From Eledone cirrhosa (Eukaryota): 64,000 nucleotides of DNA. Below the pieces are notes generated by a model. It was not told the DNA's origin. It worked only from the letters and a program-made list of their open reading frames with translations, and ran no database searches. Each line of letters begins with the position of its first letter. Within the stretch, counting starts at the first letter, position 1. A program made the position numbers and the translations under genes. Positions 27,248-41,511 of the stretch are shown piece by piece. The DNA lies in contig OZ024740.1 in the NCBI GenBank assembly GCA_964016885.1, forward strand, positions 153,946,001 to 154,010,000, given 5' to 3'.

Positions 27248-27525
27248 TGTCAGGTCACCAGTTGGTGCTACTGGTAACATGTATCCCAGTACAACCGGTC
27301 TCATGGTCGGGTCGTTGGCGACTAAACTGGCAACCCCACCAAGGTTTCTTGGTGAGGAGGGTGACTTTGGACATCCTGCAGGACTAAAAACAAAACCTGT
27401 CAAAGGGCAAAGGAGCTCGTAAGAGTCAATGACCATCCAAAATCACCGGGAGAGATGACCCCTTAGCCTTTGTCAAGGCAGAATTCTAGGAGAAGGAAAA
27501 CTCTGATATAACACCTGCAACCCTG
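27248..27525 (+). mobile_element. RTE-type LINE 5' UTR-like fragment (family R5)
   Basis: Homology to 20660-20903 and 60878-61289; contains ctaggagaaggaaaactctg. Confidence 0.6.
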
Positions 27526-28669
27526 ATGATATCCAATGATGTTGACTTGTTCTTCTTTTTGGTAAATATCATCTTGGTTAAGAGAGTGGGACTGGCTTTG
27601 TGCAGTGCCTTTGCTCACTATAAAAGCTTCACGGCACAGGCATTGCTTTATATCTGGAGATCTCTCTTCACTTGTCGTCACATGGTACCATGGGCCCAGC
27701 ACTATGTGTCAATAATTGTCACAGGTGTAGTGTCTGTACCAGAGTTTTCAAGTCGCTGGCTGGACTAAAAAGTCACACTCGTTCAGCGCATCGGTAGGGG
27801 TTCTCCTACATGGATATAAAGTAGTGGCCGTACTCGAAAACGAGTTGGCAGCCACCATATAAGTATGTATGTTGCTATTTATGTATGTATATGTGTGTGC
27901 ATTTACACTTGTACGTATGTGTGCTGGCATGCATATATGCATGTATTTTAATGTTATGTATATGTATGAACACGTGTATATATATGTGAATATAGAATTT
28001 TGATAACAATAACGATGATTACATGTTGAATTTTAAAAAAGTCTTGCATATTTTACTATTCCACTCATAGATTTTATTTATAAGATTTTATTTACGTCAC
28101 TTTACTTTTTCCATATTGGCACTGAGGCATTTACTAACATAGCCTAGTGCGCTAACAATTGTCGGTGTAAACGTAGACTATGTAGGTTTTTAAACAATTG
28201 TCAGCAAATATTTTATTCCTCACCAACTATGAAAGACATGTCCACACCTACAGGGTAGTTAACCTTCATAACTAATCGCAATTTTGATTTTCTTTCACAA
28301 TCATACCAGGCCTATTATGTTATGTAGGAATGTTCGACTAATATTATTTTTTTTTATGCAGATGTGTATTCCTGTACTTAATAACAGGAGTTTTCTCTAT
28401 ATTTATCCAAGGGCAGTTTTTTCCTACTTTAGTGTCTTTTATGTTCGTTACGTATTTTGCACAAAAGCATAACCATCAAAATGTGACGTCATATTACTGT
28501 CACGTGTATGTAAGTATGTGTGTATTGATGTGTCTACGAAAGGTACATATGTAGCAGATACACCGTATGTCCAGGAATTATATTATATGACACACAAGGA
28601 ACATACAGAAAACATAGCCGTCGAAGTTGTTGTAATGAGATAACATACACAGAATAAATACAATATGAT

Positions 28670-28782
28670 TTTTAGTATAGGCACAAGGCCAGTAATTTGG
28701 GGGAGGGGAAAGTCGATTAAATCGACCAAGTACGTTACTCGTGCTTTATTTTATCGACCCTGTAAGGATGAAAGGCAAAGTT
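28670..28782 (-). mobile_element. SINE S1, 3' fragment
   Basis: ggcacaaggccag..ttattttatcgaccctgtaaggatgaaaggcaaagtt. Confidence 0.75.
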
Positions 28783-29088
28783 ATAATATGTGTATGGACG
28801 TGTAACTCCTAGTAGAGTTGTAAGGGTGCTGTGGTGACATACGGCATTTCTTGGGCATTTCTGTTTAGACCTGGCGGAGCCCATCCTCTATCCAGATCTA
28901 TATAGGACAAATTTCTTCCAGAATAAAGAAAGCTATTGGTAGATAGGAAGTGAGAAAGGGATGTAGAAGAATAATCTACACGAGTACTCGACCGATACTC
29001 CTTTTATCGACGTCGGTGAGATTTGAGTTCATAGCGCAAAGAATATATTATATAGAGAGAGAATAAGAAACAAGACGACAGAGAGTGA

Positions 29089-29280
29089 AATAATTGTTTC
29101 TTCTTTAGGCACAAGGCCAGCAATTACCCAGTGCATTACTGGTACTTTATTTTATCGACCCCGTAAGGATGAAAGGCAAAGTCAACCTCGGCGGGATTTG
29201 AACTCAGATCGTAAAGGGACGTAACTATGCTGGAAAGCATGGCGTTCGACCCTCTACCGATACTGCCAATCCACCGCCCT
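29089..29280 (-). mobile_element. SINE S1, full length
   Basis: Complete head GGGCGGTGGATTGGCAGTATCGG, B box, core and tail. Duplication agtgaaataat at 29084 and 29282. Confidence 0.9.
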
Positions 29281-29416
29281 TAGTGAAATAATATTTCGGA
29301 GATATCCCCAGCATTGTCTTAGGCGTTTAAACTGCCTGAAGTAGAGCTGAAGACGAGGTGTATATATATATATAATATATGTATATATATATATATATAT
29401 TTGTATATATATATAT

Positions 29417-29600
29417 AACGAAGAGAGTGTGGTAAGGTACCAGATGGACCATAACGCACCAGAGTACTCAATACTTAGGGTAGTAGAGTGGGTAATAGGA
29501 AAATGTTTAATCCCGACGGCAGAGCTCAAGCCGTTTCGACGGCTATTTCAGCCGCCGAAACGGCTTGAGCTCTGCCGTCGTGATTAAACATTTTCCCATA
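29417..29600 (-). mobile_element. H9 fold-back element; palindrome 29498-29596 centred on HHR stem II
   Basis: Both strands read GAAA cggc ttgagctct gccg TC g (HHR 3' half, GUC). The axis is the hairpin gacggct-atttc-agccgcc. Confidence 0.8.
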
Positions 29601-29635
29601 TATATATATATATATATATGTCTCTCTCTCTCTCA

Positions 29636-29728
<93 letters not shown>

Positions 29729-30041
29729 CAGAGAGAGAATTTCTGATTTGCTAAGGTAGTAATCAATATTTGAGTAAATGAGACACTTTACTGCAATTGA
29801 TTTAGTATGAGAACTAATTAAGAATATTTCAAGAATTAGTTTACAGATTTGTAGTCCCTTTGTTTTTGCTAGACTTGTTCAACAATAAAAAAAAAATTTT
29901 TTGTGTTCAAAAGAAATCTAAAAATGAAGATGAGTAACAATGTAGGATTGTGTCCTTGACAAGACTGTGGGAAATTAACTTCTCTGGTATTGTATGGCTT
30001 GTAGAACAGGGTAATAAATATATATATGAAAATACATACAT

Positions 30042-30106
<65 letters not shown>

Positions 30107-30769
30107 ATATGGAAAACGAAGAATCAGTGATGCATCGGAAGACAATTTATTACGTATTACAATTGTTTCTCCGGCGAACAGCTCGAGGTGCGATATGTTA
30201 GTGGATCGAACCTGACTCTGGATTCGCAAGATACGTCTAGTGATTTCGAACAAAATCCTCTTTCTGCTGGACTCCGGCCCTTCGAATTTCTATCATCTGC
30301 CATCATCCTATTTGTGCGGCACTCCGATTGGTTGATAGTTCGAGACGTCATCTTTGTGTATGACCATTCAAATCTGCCCACTGACCATTTCCATCATGCG
30401 TGAGCTGTCACTCACCCCAATCCCGTCGCCAGAAATTACTGCTATGTGTAGGAGAGGTTTTATGAACTCTTTTGCCCTTCCCTGGCTTGCCCGTCTCCCT
30501 ACACATATACACCCACACGCACGTCTGCTCACGCATATACAGACATTCCGAGACGTTAATCGCACACTTATCTGTGAGGACACATACACACGCACACATA
30601 CAACCTCTCTCCATACACACACATAGAGGTTGCGTTCACACATATACATACATATATTCACCTCTGATATATAGATGCATTCATACACAGACATACGCAC
30701 AGACATACACACGTACACATAAGGGACCAACATATATACATATATCTATCCATACACAGTCACATATAC

Positions 30770-30808
<39 letters not shown>

Positions 30809-31437
30809 TTTACACATATGTATATACATACACACACATATGCGCACCTATACATACACACACGTACATATACACGCGCGTACATATGCAGTCAGGCCTA
30901 CTCATACACACACACATATATATATCTGTGTATGCACACGCACGTACGCACCCACACATGTATACAGACACGTGTGTACATATACATGCACACACATACA
31001 TACACACACACACGTACGCACACATATGAAAATAAACTGTACAAAAATATTTGGAAAGTGCATAGAAACATGCATTTCATGCTGTACATCGGATAGTGCA
31101 CAAAGAAATTTTATGTGACGAAATACGTAAAAAATACAAAAAAAAAACGTTCATATGGGGAATACGTCAGAGAATGCGCACAGCATCTCACATAGTGGTA
31201 TATACGTATATGCAGACACACATTGATGCACATGTTGACTGAGTTGGCATTATGGTGCTAACGTGAAATAATCCACATACAGAAACCTTATAAACAAAAT
31301 TACATATGGGAAGCTCATAGGAACAATGCTCATAGGAACATATATAAACCGGCATACCGCATATGGACGCATCCAAGTAACCTTACTACAAATATATATA
31401 TATAGAGAGAGAGATAGATAGATAGATAGATAGAGAT

Positions 31438-31489
<52 letters not shown>

Positions 31490-31528
31490 AGGAAAAGCGA
31501 AGTAGTTTCAGATGTTCAAGTCTTTTAT

Positions 31529-31698
31529 AATAATTGTTTCTACTTTAGGCACAAGGCCAGCAATTATCAGTACATTATTGGTACTTTATTTTATCGACCC
31601 CGTAAGGATGAAAGGCAAAGTGAACCTCGGCGGGATTTGAACTCAGACCGTAAAGAGACGTAACTATGCTGGAAAGCATGGCGTCCGACTCTCTACCG
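31529..31698 (-). mobile_element. SINE S1
   Basis: S1 core and B box; near-duplication gtctttta(a)taataat on both flanks. Confidence 0.88.
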
Positions 31699-32396
31699 GT
31701 CTTTTAATAATAATGCGGTGATATATATTTCAATGGCGACAGTGGTCACACTGTTCCGTGCGCCAGTGTCGCGACATCGTCAGACAGCTTGTTACATAAT
31801 AAGGTTATGTTTCCGAGGCAATCCAAATTGAATCGACATGGGAACGGACGAAGTGTGTGCTCTTGGGTTCTTCGTCCATTCCCCTGTGAGTACCAATTCA
31901 CCCCCACCGGTCTGCGCAGGCGCAGGTCCGTAGAAGTTGACCATTAGCTACCGCAGATTTCAACGAAATTCGCTTATTCAGTTCCCCTCTCAGCCAAACA
32001 ATGACCCATTCAAGGCCTGTAATATAGCTTACTGCTACCTATCCCGTCAGTGGCTGTCAGTCGAAATCCAGTGGGGGATGGGAGAGTGCGAGTATCCACA
32101 GGTCTGAATACTACCTCTAGGTATCATGGTTTCACGGTGGAAGTTATGAATGAGAGTTGGGAATTAAAATTTAAAATCCAAAATCAGAAATCAAATATTA
32201 AATATCAAAAATTAGAAATTAAAAATTAATACTTTTTCAAGTGGGAATCTGGATTGAGGCGAGTTTAATGTTACGGTTATATTATCTATATACTGAACGA
32301 TAGTACGGTACTACCGCTTACGGACGCTTTAAGCATTCCACACCAATTATATATATATCAATAATATTAATAACAAATTAAATAAATAAATCATCG

Positions 32397-32439
<43 letters not shown>

Positions 32440-32569
32440 GATGATTTATATATACATACATATATATATATATATATGTATACTAAGTTGACAATGAGTA
32501 CCAGCAATAGCTGGGGGTTTAACTCTGCGATGGACTGAGTCCTATTAGGAATTCCTTTTTGATGCATTG

Positions 32570-32810
32570 TGGAAGTTCATTGTGGAAAATCTAGCCAGAA
32601 TTGGATAGCTTCTATTCCTAGGTTGGGGAGTTGTTGGAGTATTGGTTTGACTACATTGAACGTCACTAGTAGGGTTTGTTCAGTAAGGGGTATCCTTGGT
32701 CGTCCCTTATATAGCTTTTAATGTGTTTGAGAAAAGGCTTGAGAAGGGTATCAATGAAGTTGCTAAGGCGGTGGGTTTCACAAGCTGGGCCTGCTATGAT
32801 AGGGACAACG
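32570..32810 (-). pseudogene. PLE RT N-terminal fragment (inverted relative to the adjacent endonuclease fragment)
   Basis: Manual translation: PIIAGPACETHRLSNFIDTLLKPFLKHIKSYIRDD, then LLVTFNVV and LGIEAIQFWLD. Confidence 0.78.
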
Positions 32811-32827
32811 TTTTATAGTAAAGCACA

Positions 32828-33135
32828 ATTTCACATGCGCATCAGAAAACCTAATATATGTATTAACTTGCTCAGGTTGTCGAGAACAATACATAGGCTA
32901 GACTAAGAACAGCCTCCACCAACGCATGGCTGTCCATAGATCCCAAATCAAAATACGGGAATACAGAAAAATACCGCTGAGTGAACACATTGATACCTGT
33001 GCCGCCCAAAATCATCCCAAATTTAGAATCTTTCCCCTCTACAAATTTAAAGATAATGCCACCCACACCCAACGCATCAGCAAGGAATCTCACTTTATTA
33101 ACAAATACGGACCCCGTCTAAACACTTCTCCCTAA
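32828..33135 (+). pseudogene. PLE GIY-YIG endonuclease remnant
   Basis: FTCASENLIYVLTCSGCREQYIG*TKNSLHQRMAVHRSQIK..SEHIDTCA..FRIFPLYKF..RISKESHFINKYGPRLN. Confidence 0.88.
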
Positions 33136-33571
33136 GACGAACCCACAACATACACACGTCCACATACATACCTACATCAGCATACATCCTACATAATTTC
33201 TATCCTCAAGTATCCCATACGGCAGGGCCTAATGGATTCCCTTGCAGTACGTACAATCTGGACACACTCAAACACACCTTGGTGTTATGACAATACTATA
33301 CATCATTTCACCTCTTTTATTATTGAACATTTACGTGACTTCTACCGACCAATCAAAATTATAGTGCTTATTCACGTGACATTCGACAATCAACCAAATC
33401 ACGAACGCTCTATCTCAAAATTATTTTTGAAAAGCATTTGAAATGCGCAACCGGTAAAAAACTTAAAACTAACACTGAATACTAACCATTACTTATTACT
33501 AATTTATACTTATTCCTAATTAAACTATTTTTCCCTGGAAAAAATCTGTCAGCATTTTCTTTTCCTTTTTA

Positions 33572-33656
<85 letters not shown>

Positions 33657-34073
33657 GTATATATATATATATGCAAAGACACTTAAGACACTTAAGACTC
33701 TTAGGCAAACCTGCTCAAGGCTCTCTAAAACATTAAAAAGTGTGCTGTCGAATTATCCAAAAACTGGTTTTAACACAAAGTCATATAAAACGCTCCATAC
33801 AACTGTTAGAATTACCACGATAAAGCATATTATAAGTGGCTGTTGTAGAAAACAAGTCAATTGTCTAGACAAAGACCATGATTATAATTACAAGATAAAA
33901 GGTGCGATATTTGAAGTGGGTGAAAATTATCCCTCAAGCGCTGTCTTATTTCCTCCACATGCGTACTTTTATCTGTAATTAAATGTATAGTTCCACCTGT
34001 ATGTATATGCAGCTTGATTTATTTTGAATGTATGTATAATACATACATATATATTTACACACTATATGCATAG

Positions 34074-34139
<66 letters not shown>

Positions 34140-34604
34140 ATATATATATATATATATATTTGCACATACATACACACATACACACACGCATGCACAAATA
34201 TATATTTATATATATTTATATATATATGTACATATATACATATATATATATTTATATATATATGTACATATATACATATATATATATTTATATATATATG
34301 TACATATATACATATATATATTTGCTCTAGGGTTCTTATATATTTGGTATATATTTATCCTTATCGAGCCCTCTTTGGATTTTAGTCTTCAAATTTATTA
34401 TTATTACTATATATATATATATGTGTGTTCAGAGATACCTGTCGAAACGGCAGGAGCTCAGCCGTCGGAGTCCTGACTCTTTTCCTATTACTCACTCTAC
34501 TACCCATAGTATCGAGTACTCTGGTGCGTTATGGTCCACCTGGTTCCTTGCCACACTTCCTTCGTTATATATATATGTGTATGTATTATATATATATATA
34601 TATA

Positions 34605-35388
34605 TGTATATATATAAAATTAAGTATTTGTGTGTGTGTGTCTGTGTATTACCTATAGGGGCCTACATCTTACGACCGATTTTCATGAAACTTTACAGGC
34701 TCATAGATCAGTCATCGGGGAGTGTTTTCTATATATCAGCGTATGGTTTTCTTTTATTCCGGGGTCATTCTGCAGATAAAAATCGATAGGGGGGAGTCAC
34801 CTTTTTTTAGGTATCGAAAAATAAGAATTTTGGCTCTAGCTCCCACATTTTGCCACCGATTTCGTTCAAATTTTAAAGCAAAATAAAATTTATGATTGCA
34901 CATCCTGTAATGGCTTTATATTTTGCATTTTCGTATTTGTTGGTCAGGGACGGCGTGGCAGCCACTTCAATCTTTAATACGACTTCTAAATCAGCAATTG
35001 CAGCAAATCATCTTAACTTTTCAACATTTGCTGCAAATGATGTTTACGATTCTATAATTCTATCCAATTATCCAGTTGATGGTCAAAGGCAAAACGATGG
35101 CCATTGACGTCGTCTGGGGTTTTAGTTGCATATTTGAGAATTCATCGGTTTCCAATCAAGTAGCGTGAGGAAATTTCGTTTAGTCTTAGAGGTCATTATC
35201 TCCCTCCCCCAGCATGCCCCTTCGTCAGTCACCCGCGTTTCTCAGTGATAGAGGTCATCACCACCTTCCCCCACATGGCCTGTGTGTGGCCATAGATGAG
35301 TCATTGAGAAGCAGTCGCTAAGATGAACAACTTTTCATTAGAGCAGATATTATTTTACCTACCCAGGCAACGCTGGGTACTGCTGCTA

Positions 35389-35389
<1 letters not shown>
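34605..35389 (+). mobile_element. Non-autonomous Helitron-like element
   Basis: Starts tatatataaaa..(tg)n tctg..ccgattttcatgaaacttt. Ends with hairpin acccaggcaacgctgggt then actgctgCTAG|T. Confidence 0.7.
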
Positions 35390-35446
<57 letters not shown>

Positions 35447-35447
35447 G

Positions 35448-35498
35448 AGCTTCTACAGGACTAGAACTGTTTCATTTGTGAGAAATCATCAGGGAGCT
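35448..35498 (-). ncRNA. Hammerhead ribozyme motif (family H7, inverted copy)
   Basis: Minus: agctcc CTGATGA tttctcacaaat GAAA cag ttctagtc ctg TA gaagct. Confidence 0.75.
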
Positions 35499-36153
35499 GG
35501 CTGTCCAAGTAAGTAGTGGTATTTATATCTTTTCTTTTCTGGTGGTAGGAGAGGGTGGGGATTGGGATGGGTGGAGGTCATTGGTTGATGGATTTAAAGA
35601 AAAGGGAGTTCATTAAAAGCTCATTTTTTAAAGCTATAGTATTAACAAAGGCAGGAAGAATACTGTAAACAAAATCATATTTGGAATACCTATCCTAGTT
35701 TATCACTTAGATTAACAATGCCTGTAAGACAGGTGTCTACAGGATGGGTGGGGTTCAATGGTTTAAAGAAAAGAGAAATTCTTTAGAAGCTAATACTTTA
35801 AGGCTGGAATAAGGGTGACAAAGGCAGAGAGGGTTCCATTAACAGATTCAAGGGTTCCATCAATAGGTTCAAGTGTTGGGGTGATTCCCCTTATTGTGAA
35901 GTTTCTCTTAATATACATTCCAGGTGTCGACAAGCACATTCACACACTCGCCCACTTACACACACATGCACGCACGCACATACAGACAGGCTCACACACA
36001 ACAAACATACATAATGGTACATACACACATACACATAAACAAATATATACACATATATATATACACATACATACAAATATGTGTACATACATACACACAC
36101 ACACACACGCACACACACACACAGATATATATATATATGTATACATATATACA

Positions 36154-36193
<40 letters not shown>

Positions 36194-36854
36194 TTTATAG
36201 TTATATATACACTATATACAACTATAAACTGGAAAGGTCAGTAATTCATTACTACTTTATTACCAGTAATAAAAAATAATAGCTCAATGTAAATACATCA
36301 GATGTTTTACAGAGCAGGAATATAAATTACACAATAATCAAAGCTATGTTCAAATCAATTTCTTTCTGACAATCGTTTCTTCCAAACTTTCGTTTGGAAT
36401 CATCTGAGCACTAGCAATCATCACACTACATCCACCATAAACTCATAATTTTAATACACAAGCATCTTTGCCTGTTTGATATGCTTGTAAACCGATGTTA
36501 TTTTATGTGATACCTTTGCCATGCAGTAATTATATATGTCTAGTACCATTGCTTGTTTCCTTCCTGTATATGCCTAACGCATTTGCACTCTCTATACGCT
36601 TGCATATGCACTGCTAGTGTCCTCGTTTTACGAGTAACTTTCTACCTTAATGCCTCTTTAATTATTATACTATTCCCTTGTAATCTCTGTCGCATGCATT
36701 CCACTCTGTGCCTTTTTAATTTTTAATTTTTAATTTTAATTATTGTACAATTCTCTTGTAATGTATGTCGCATCCATTCCACTCTGTAAATACGAAACTG
36801 TTGTTGATAACATTAATATCCGTGTATCTATATGATTGTTCAGTTGAATAGGAG

Positions 36855-36918
<64 letters not shown>

Positions 36919-37037
36919 GCACACACGCTCCCATGCATACACACGCATACACACATTCAAACGTACATATATACACCCGTACGCATATATATATACATTC
37001 ATACACACACACACACACGCACGCACACACACGCACG

Positions 37038-37099
<62 letters not shown>

Positions 37100-37247
37100 C
37101 ACACACACACGCATATATATATACATATATATATAGTGTGAAACTAAAACCATATCATTTGTACTGCCTCACTATTTTCTGTTCATATAATAAACTACAT
37201 ATATATATACACATACGCATATATACACAGAGACACACAAACGTATA

Positions 37248-37313
<66 letters not shown>

Positions 37314-37478
37314 TATACATATATACACATACATATACATATACACACACACACATATATGTATATATACTCATACACACACATATACATATATATATAT
37401 ACATACATATATATATATAAACACATATATACACATATATACACACATACACCCATATATAAATAAAAACATGCACAC

Positions 37479-37523
<45 letters not shown>

Positions 37524-37614
37524 CGCACATATATATACATATAAAAATATATAAATATATAAACACCTACATACCTATATATATATTATATATATATATA
37601 TAAATATATATAGG

Positions 37615-37646
<32 letters not shown>

Positions 37647-37771
37647 AATATATATATATATATATATAGGAAAAGTATGACCCCGACGGCAGAGCTCTAG
37701 CCGTTTCTACTACCCTAAGTATTGAGTACTCTGCGTTATAGTCCATCTGGTTCCTTACCACAATTCCTTTG

Positions 37772-37850
<79 letters not shown>

Positions 37851-38487
37851 TATACATACACACACAAACATATATACGTAAACACACATACACATATACG
37901 TAAATACATATAAACGCACGTACACACAAACATACGCATACAATCGTACGGCCACTCATACAAATACGTACATACATACACTCATAAATATACACAAATA
38001 CACACGCACACATATATACAGTATTAAGATGCAGTACGCTCTACATGCGGAAAGAGCAGATAGGTAAGAAGTACTTACATGGCCATGGAATATATATTAA
38101 GAGAAACTTCACAATAAGGGGAATCACCCCAACACTTGAATCTGTTAATGGAACCCTCTCTGCCTTTGTCACCCTTATTCCAGCCTTAAAGAATTAGCTT
38201 CTAAAGAATTTCCCTTTTCTTTAAACCATTGAACCCCACCCAATCTGTAGACACCTGTCTTACAGGCATTGTTAATCTAAGTGATAAACAAGGATTGGTA
38301 TTCCAAATATGATTTTGTTTACAGTATTCTTCCTGCCTTTGTTAATACTATAGCTTTAAAAATTAGCTTTTAATGAACTCCCTTTTCTTTAAATCCTTCA
38401 ACCAATGACCTCCACCCATCCCAACCCTCACCCTCTCCTACCACCAGAAAAGAAAAGATATAAATACCAGTACTTACTTGGACAGCC

Positions 38488-38538
38488 AGCTCCCTGATGA
38501 TTTCTCACGAATGAAACAGTTCTAGTCCTGTAGAAGCT
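38488..38538 (+). ncRNA. Hammerhead ribozyme motif (family H7)
   Basis: agctcc CTGATGA tttctcacgaat GAAA cag ttctagtc ctg TA gaagct. Confidence 0.8.
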
Positions 38539-38690
38539 CTTCTATATTAAAACTTTTATACTATGCTATGTATTGAGTACCTTACTTACTGTGGTTACCT
38601 CTGATTCAATCCGGAATAACTTATATATATGTATATATAAAATAAAATAAAATAAATAAGTCAAATGTTTAAAATTTAGCTTCGTTTATT

Positions 38691-38745
38691 ACTGCTATAT
38701 ATATTTCGGTGACAGCCATATTTGGGTGTGACCTCTTCAGGCAGT
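38691..38745 (-). ncRNA. Hammerhead ribozyme motif (family H10)
   Basis: Minus: actgc CTGAAGA ggtcaca..tgtcacc GAAA tatata TA gcagt. Perfect 5-bp stem I. Confidence 0.82.
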
Positions 38746-38868
38746 CCGAATTAGTGTGGTATAGACAAGTACACATGTTGTTGAGGTGTATAACCTTGTC
38801 AATACTCTGATATGTCCAGTTCCTGGTTGGGTTGTTATTTCACCGAGGAACTGGAATCATATGATTCC

Positions 38869-38923
38869 AGTGCCTGAAGAGGTCACAGCCAAAGATGACT
38901 GTCACCGAAATATATATAGCAGT
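38869..38923 (+). ncRNA. Hammerhead ribozyme motif (family H10)
   Basis: tgc CTGAAGA ggtcacag ccaaagatga ctgtcacc GAAA tatata TA gca. Confidence 0.8.
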
Positions 38924-39070
38924 AATAAAGGAAGCTAAATTTTAAACATTTGACTTATTTATTTTATTTTATTTTACATTACTCCGGAGTAACCAAACCA
39001 ACCGGCGCACTTCGTCGAGTGCTCCAATCTGCACACTGAGGTGTTGGTATACAACCAACATATACTCAAA

Positions 39071-39121
<51 letters not shown>

Positions 39122-39236
39122 TTTTGAGTATATGTTGGTTGTATACCAACACCTCAGTATGTAATTGGTGTTGGGTACTTAAAGCGTCCGAATGCGGTAG
39201 GCCGTATGAGCACTTGATGCCCTCATAGAGCAGAGT

Positions 39237-39365
39237 ATATCACAGAAAAAAGAGAATCAGTGTTGCGACGAAAGGAATTTATTGGACATATTACAATTGT
39301 TAACAATTGTAATATGTCCAATAACTTCCTTTCTTCGCAACACTGATTCTCTTTTTTTGTGATAT
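39237..39365. mobile_element. Spacerless imperfect palindrome (family H11) centred at the HHR GAAA
   Basis: ...attacaattgtt|aacaattgtaat... The related sequence at 30111-30169 reads GAAA caattg TA on minus. Confidence 0.72.
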
Positions 39366-39788
39366 ATATATATATATGTATGTATATGTATATGCATGTA
39401 TATGTGTATGTGTATGTTTGTGTGAGTGTATAAAGAGAGACAGATGAAAGATGGATAGTTAGAGAGAGATGGGTGCAGACATAGATGGATATGAAAACCA
39501 TGCCCCATGGTCAGGGTGCATACAGTACTTATGTAATCACGCTACATTAGTTTTTGCTTTTTGTGTTCATTGGAATCTCATAGCCAATCATAGATTATAC
39601 TTGATGCGACCGCTTCGAAAATAGCCTTACTGTTGACCGCATTCCACTAATGGGTAGAATACAAACAATCTGGAGTGATATCGCAAGCCATCATGTCTGG
39701 CGGTTCTTACAATACCGCCAATCCACTGCGCAGGTTTGCTACCCTATTTAGCGAGCTCCGAAAGGATGAAAACCAAAGTTTACCTCGG

Positions 39789-39872
<84 letters not shown>

Positions 39873-39965
39873 CTGTTTCATTCGGAGGAAAGCCGGTATT
39901 TATACCCTGCTATGTATTGAGTACCTTACTTACTGTGGTTTCCCCCGATTGAACCCGGGATAAAC

Positions 39966-40040
<75 letters not shown>

Positions 40041-40392
40041 GGTGTGTGTTGGTGTGTATGTATGCATCTATGTGACAGCAAAGTAACAATACCTACTTTC
40101 TCTTCTCTTCTACCTTTTTATTCACTTTTTATCTCTTTATATTATCTTCCTTTTACTTTTTTATTATGTTTTAACCATTGTTTGTATTTTTTGATTTTGT
40201 GTGCCATCAATAGTATCTGCATCTTGTGTGATCTGCTTGTGCCCTAGCATTTAGTTGTGGTGCTTAACAACCGCAGCATGTACTCTCTCCTTATTCACCA
40301 TCTCTGATCTCCCTATCTTTACCCTCTATTGTATTCCTATTGTTCGTGTGACTAAACTTGGTAGAGCTTATACTCAGCACTGTGTTTATTAA

Positions 40393-40437
40393 GCTCTGAT
40401 GATTCCTACCCAACGGTATGGATGAAACATTGTAAGC
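40393..40437 (+). ncRNA. Hammerhead ribozyme motif (family H3)
   Basis: gct CTGATGA ttcctacccaacggtatggat GAAA cattg TA agc. Confidence 0.78.
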
Positions 40438-40477
40438 AAATAACAACTGTTTGAGTATGTAAGCGTTCTTTGGTTTC

Positions 40478-40532
<55 letters not shown>

Positions 40533-40777
40533 CACATATATATATTAAAGTATTGATTAATGCGTAAAATTATTAATAATATTGTCTGACAAAAGTATAG
40601 TTTAACCAAAGTGCTAAAGATAGTCCACTATTAGAACCTAAAGCCAGCTTTACTAATAGAAGAGGTAACAACTTATTCCATGGTGTTTTCTTTGAATATG
40701 ACGTGAGTCTAATCTGTAATATGAAGTTACTTTTTGTATGTTTTATGTATTTATGTTAATGCTTATGCCAATATTTG

Positions 40778-40866
40778 TATTCCTGAAGATATTTAGACCA
40801 GCAGACTAATGCCCAATATATATTGAGGTATAGCCGGCTGATATACATTGAAATGTACGCAGGGTA
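40778..40866 (+). ncRNA. Degraded hammerhead motif with long stem II
   Basis: tattc CTGAAGA [cagc..atgcccaata ta tattgaggtat..gctg] GAAA tgtacg CA gggta. U16.1 appears mutated to C. Confidence 0.5.
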
Positions 40867-41511
40867 AAATTATGTTATAGGTCTAAATTGGTTATTCATT
40901 TTTAATTTATATATATAGTATAAAAGAGAAAACACAGGTAAGTATTGACAGAAGGATCTTATCCAGGTATTTACGACAGTTTCATTGGTAAGTGCAACCT
41001 TATATTGCTATACTGCAAATAGCAGCCACTCAATGATAATTGTTGTTCACGTCCAAATTTTCAAAATAGTGAGTAAGTTACTCTTGAAATAGTTCTTAAT
41101 ATATAGAGAAAAATATTTTTTTGGAATTGTATTTACTAGTATAGAGAGAGAGGAAGAGGAATTAGAAAGTGAGGGACAAACGGAATAGTATAGAGAGAGA
41201 GGAAGGGGGAGAAGAGTTAGGAAGTAGAGTGAAAAACTGAGATGGAGTGAGGGGTAGAGGTGGAAGGATTCTTTGATTAGTTTTGATATGTAGACTTCAT
41301 GTGGAGTTACCCCTAACCGTACGTTGAAACCGTCCATGAAACTGGCTTTCTTAACCACGAACTGGATCACAATAAGCAATTTTCTGCTTCCCTAACTATA
41401 TATATGGTATATATATATATATAGTAAAAAATTGAACGGGAACAAAACAGAGAGGCAGTACGAACAAAGGTTTATTAGTTTCACGCTCTTGAGAGTGGGG
41501 TGGTGGTGGGG

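Larger units (their letters stand above)
35441..38625 (+). mobile_element. Non-coding H7-family PLE derivative with ~470 bp inverted terminal repeats
   Basis: 35441-35922 is an inverted copy of 38086-38545. The interior is degenerate CA/TA repeat with a nested H9 copy and no ORF. Confidence 0.75.
38638..39073 (+). mobile_element. Fold-back pLTR element (family H10), arms 38638-38744 / 38871-38976
   Basis: Inverted arms each carry an HHR; TA-rich flanks. Confidence 0.82.

Noticed and set aside
27248-27370. Possible twister or HDV-like ribozyme (ccggtctcatggtcgg..gaggagggtgac)
   Set aside because: Lacks the twister UAA and UCCCAAGC core; an HDV P1/P2 pairing is not conserved across the three copies.
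40965-41045. Minus-strand GAAACTGTC after a long hairpin
   Set aside because: Catalytic 5' half not found; too degraded to call.
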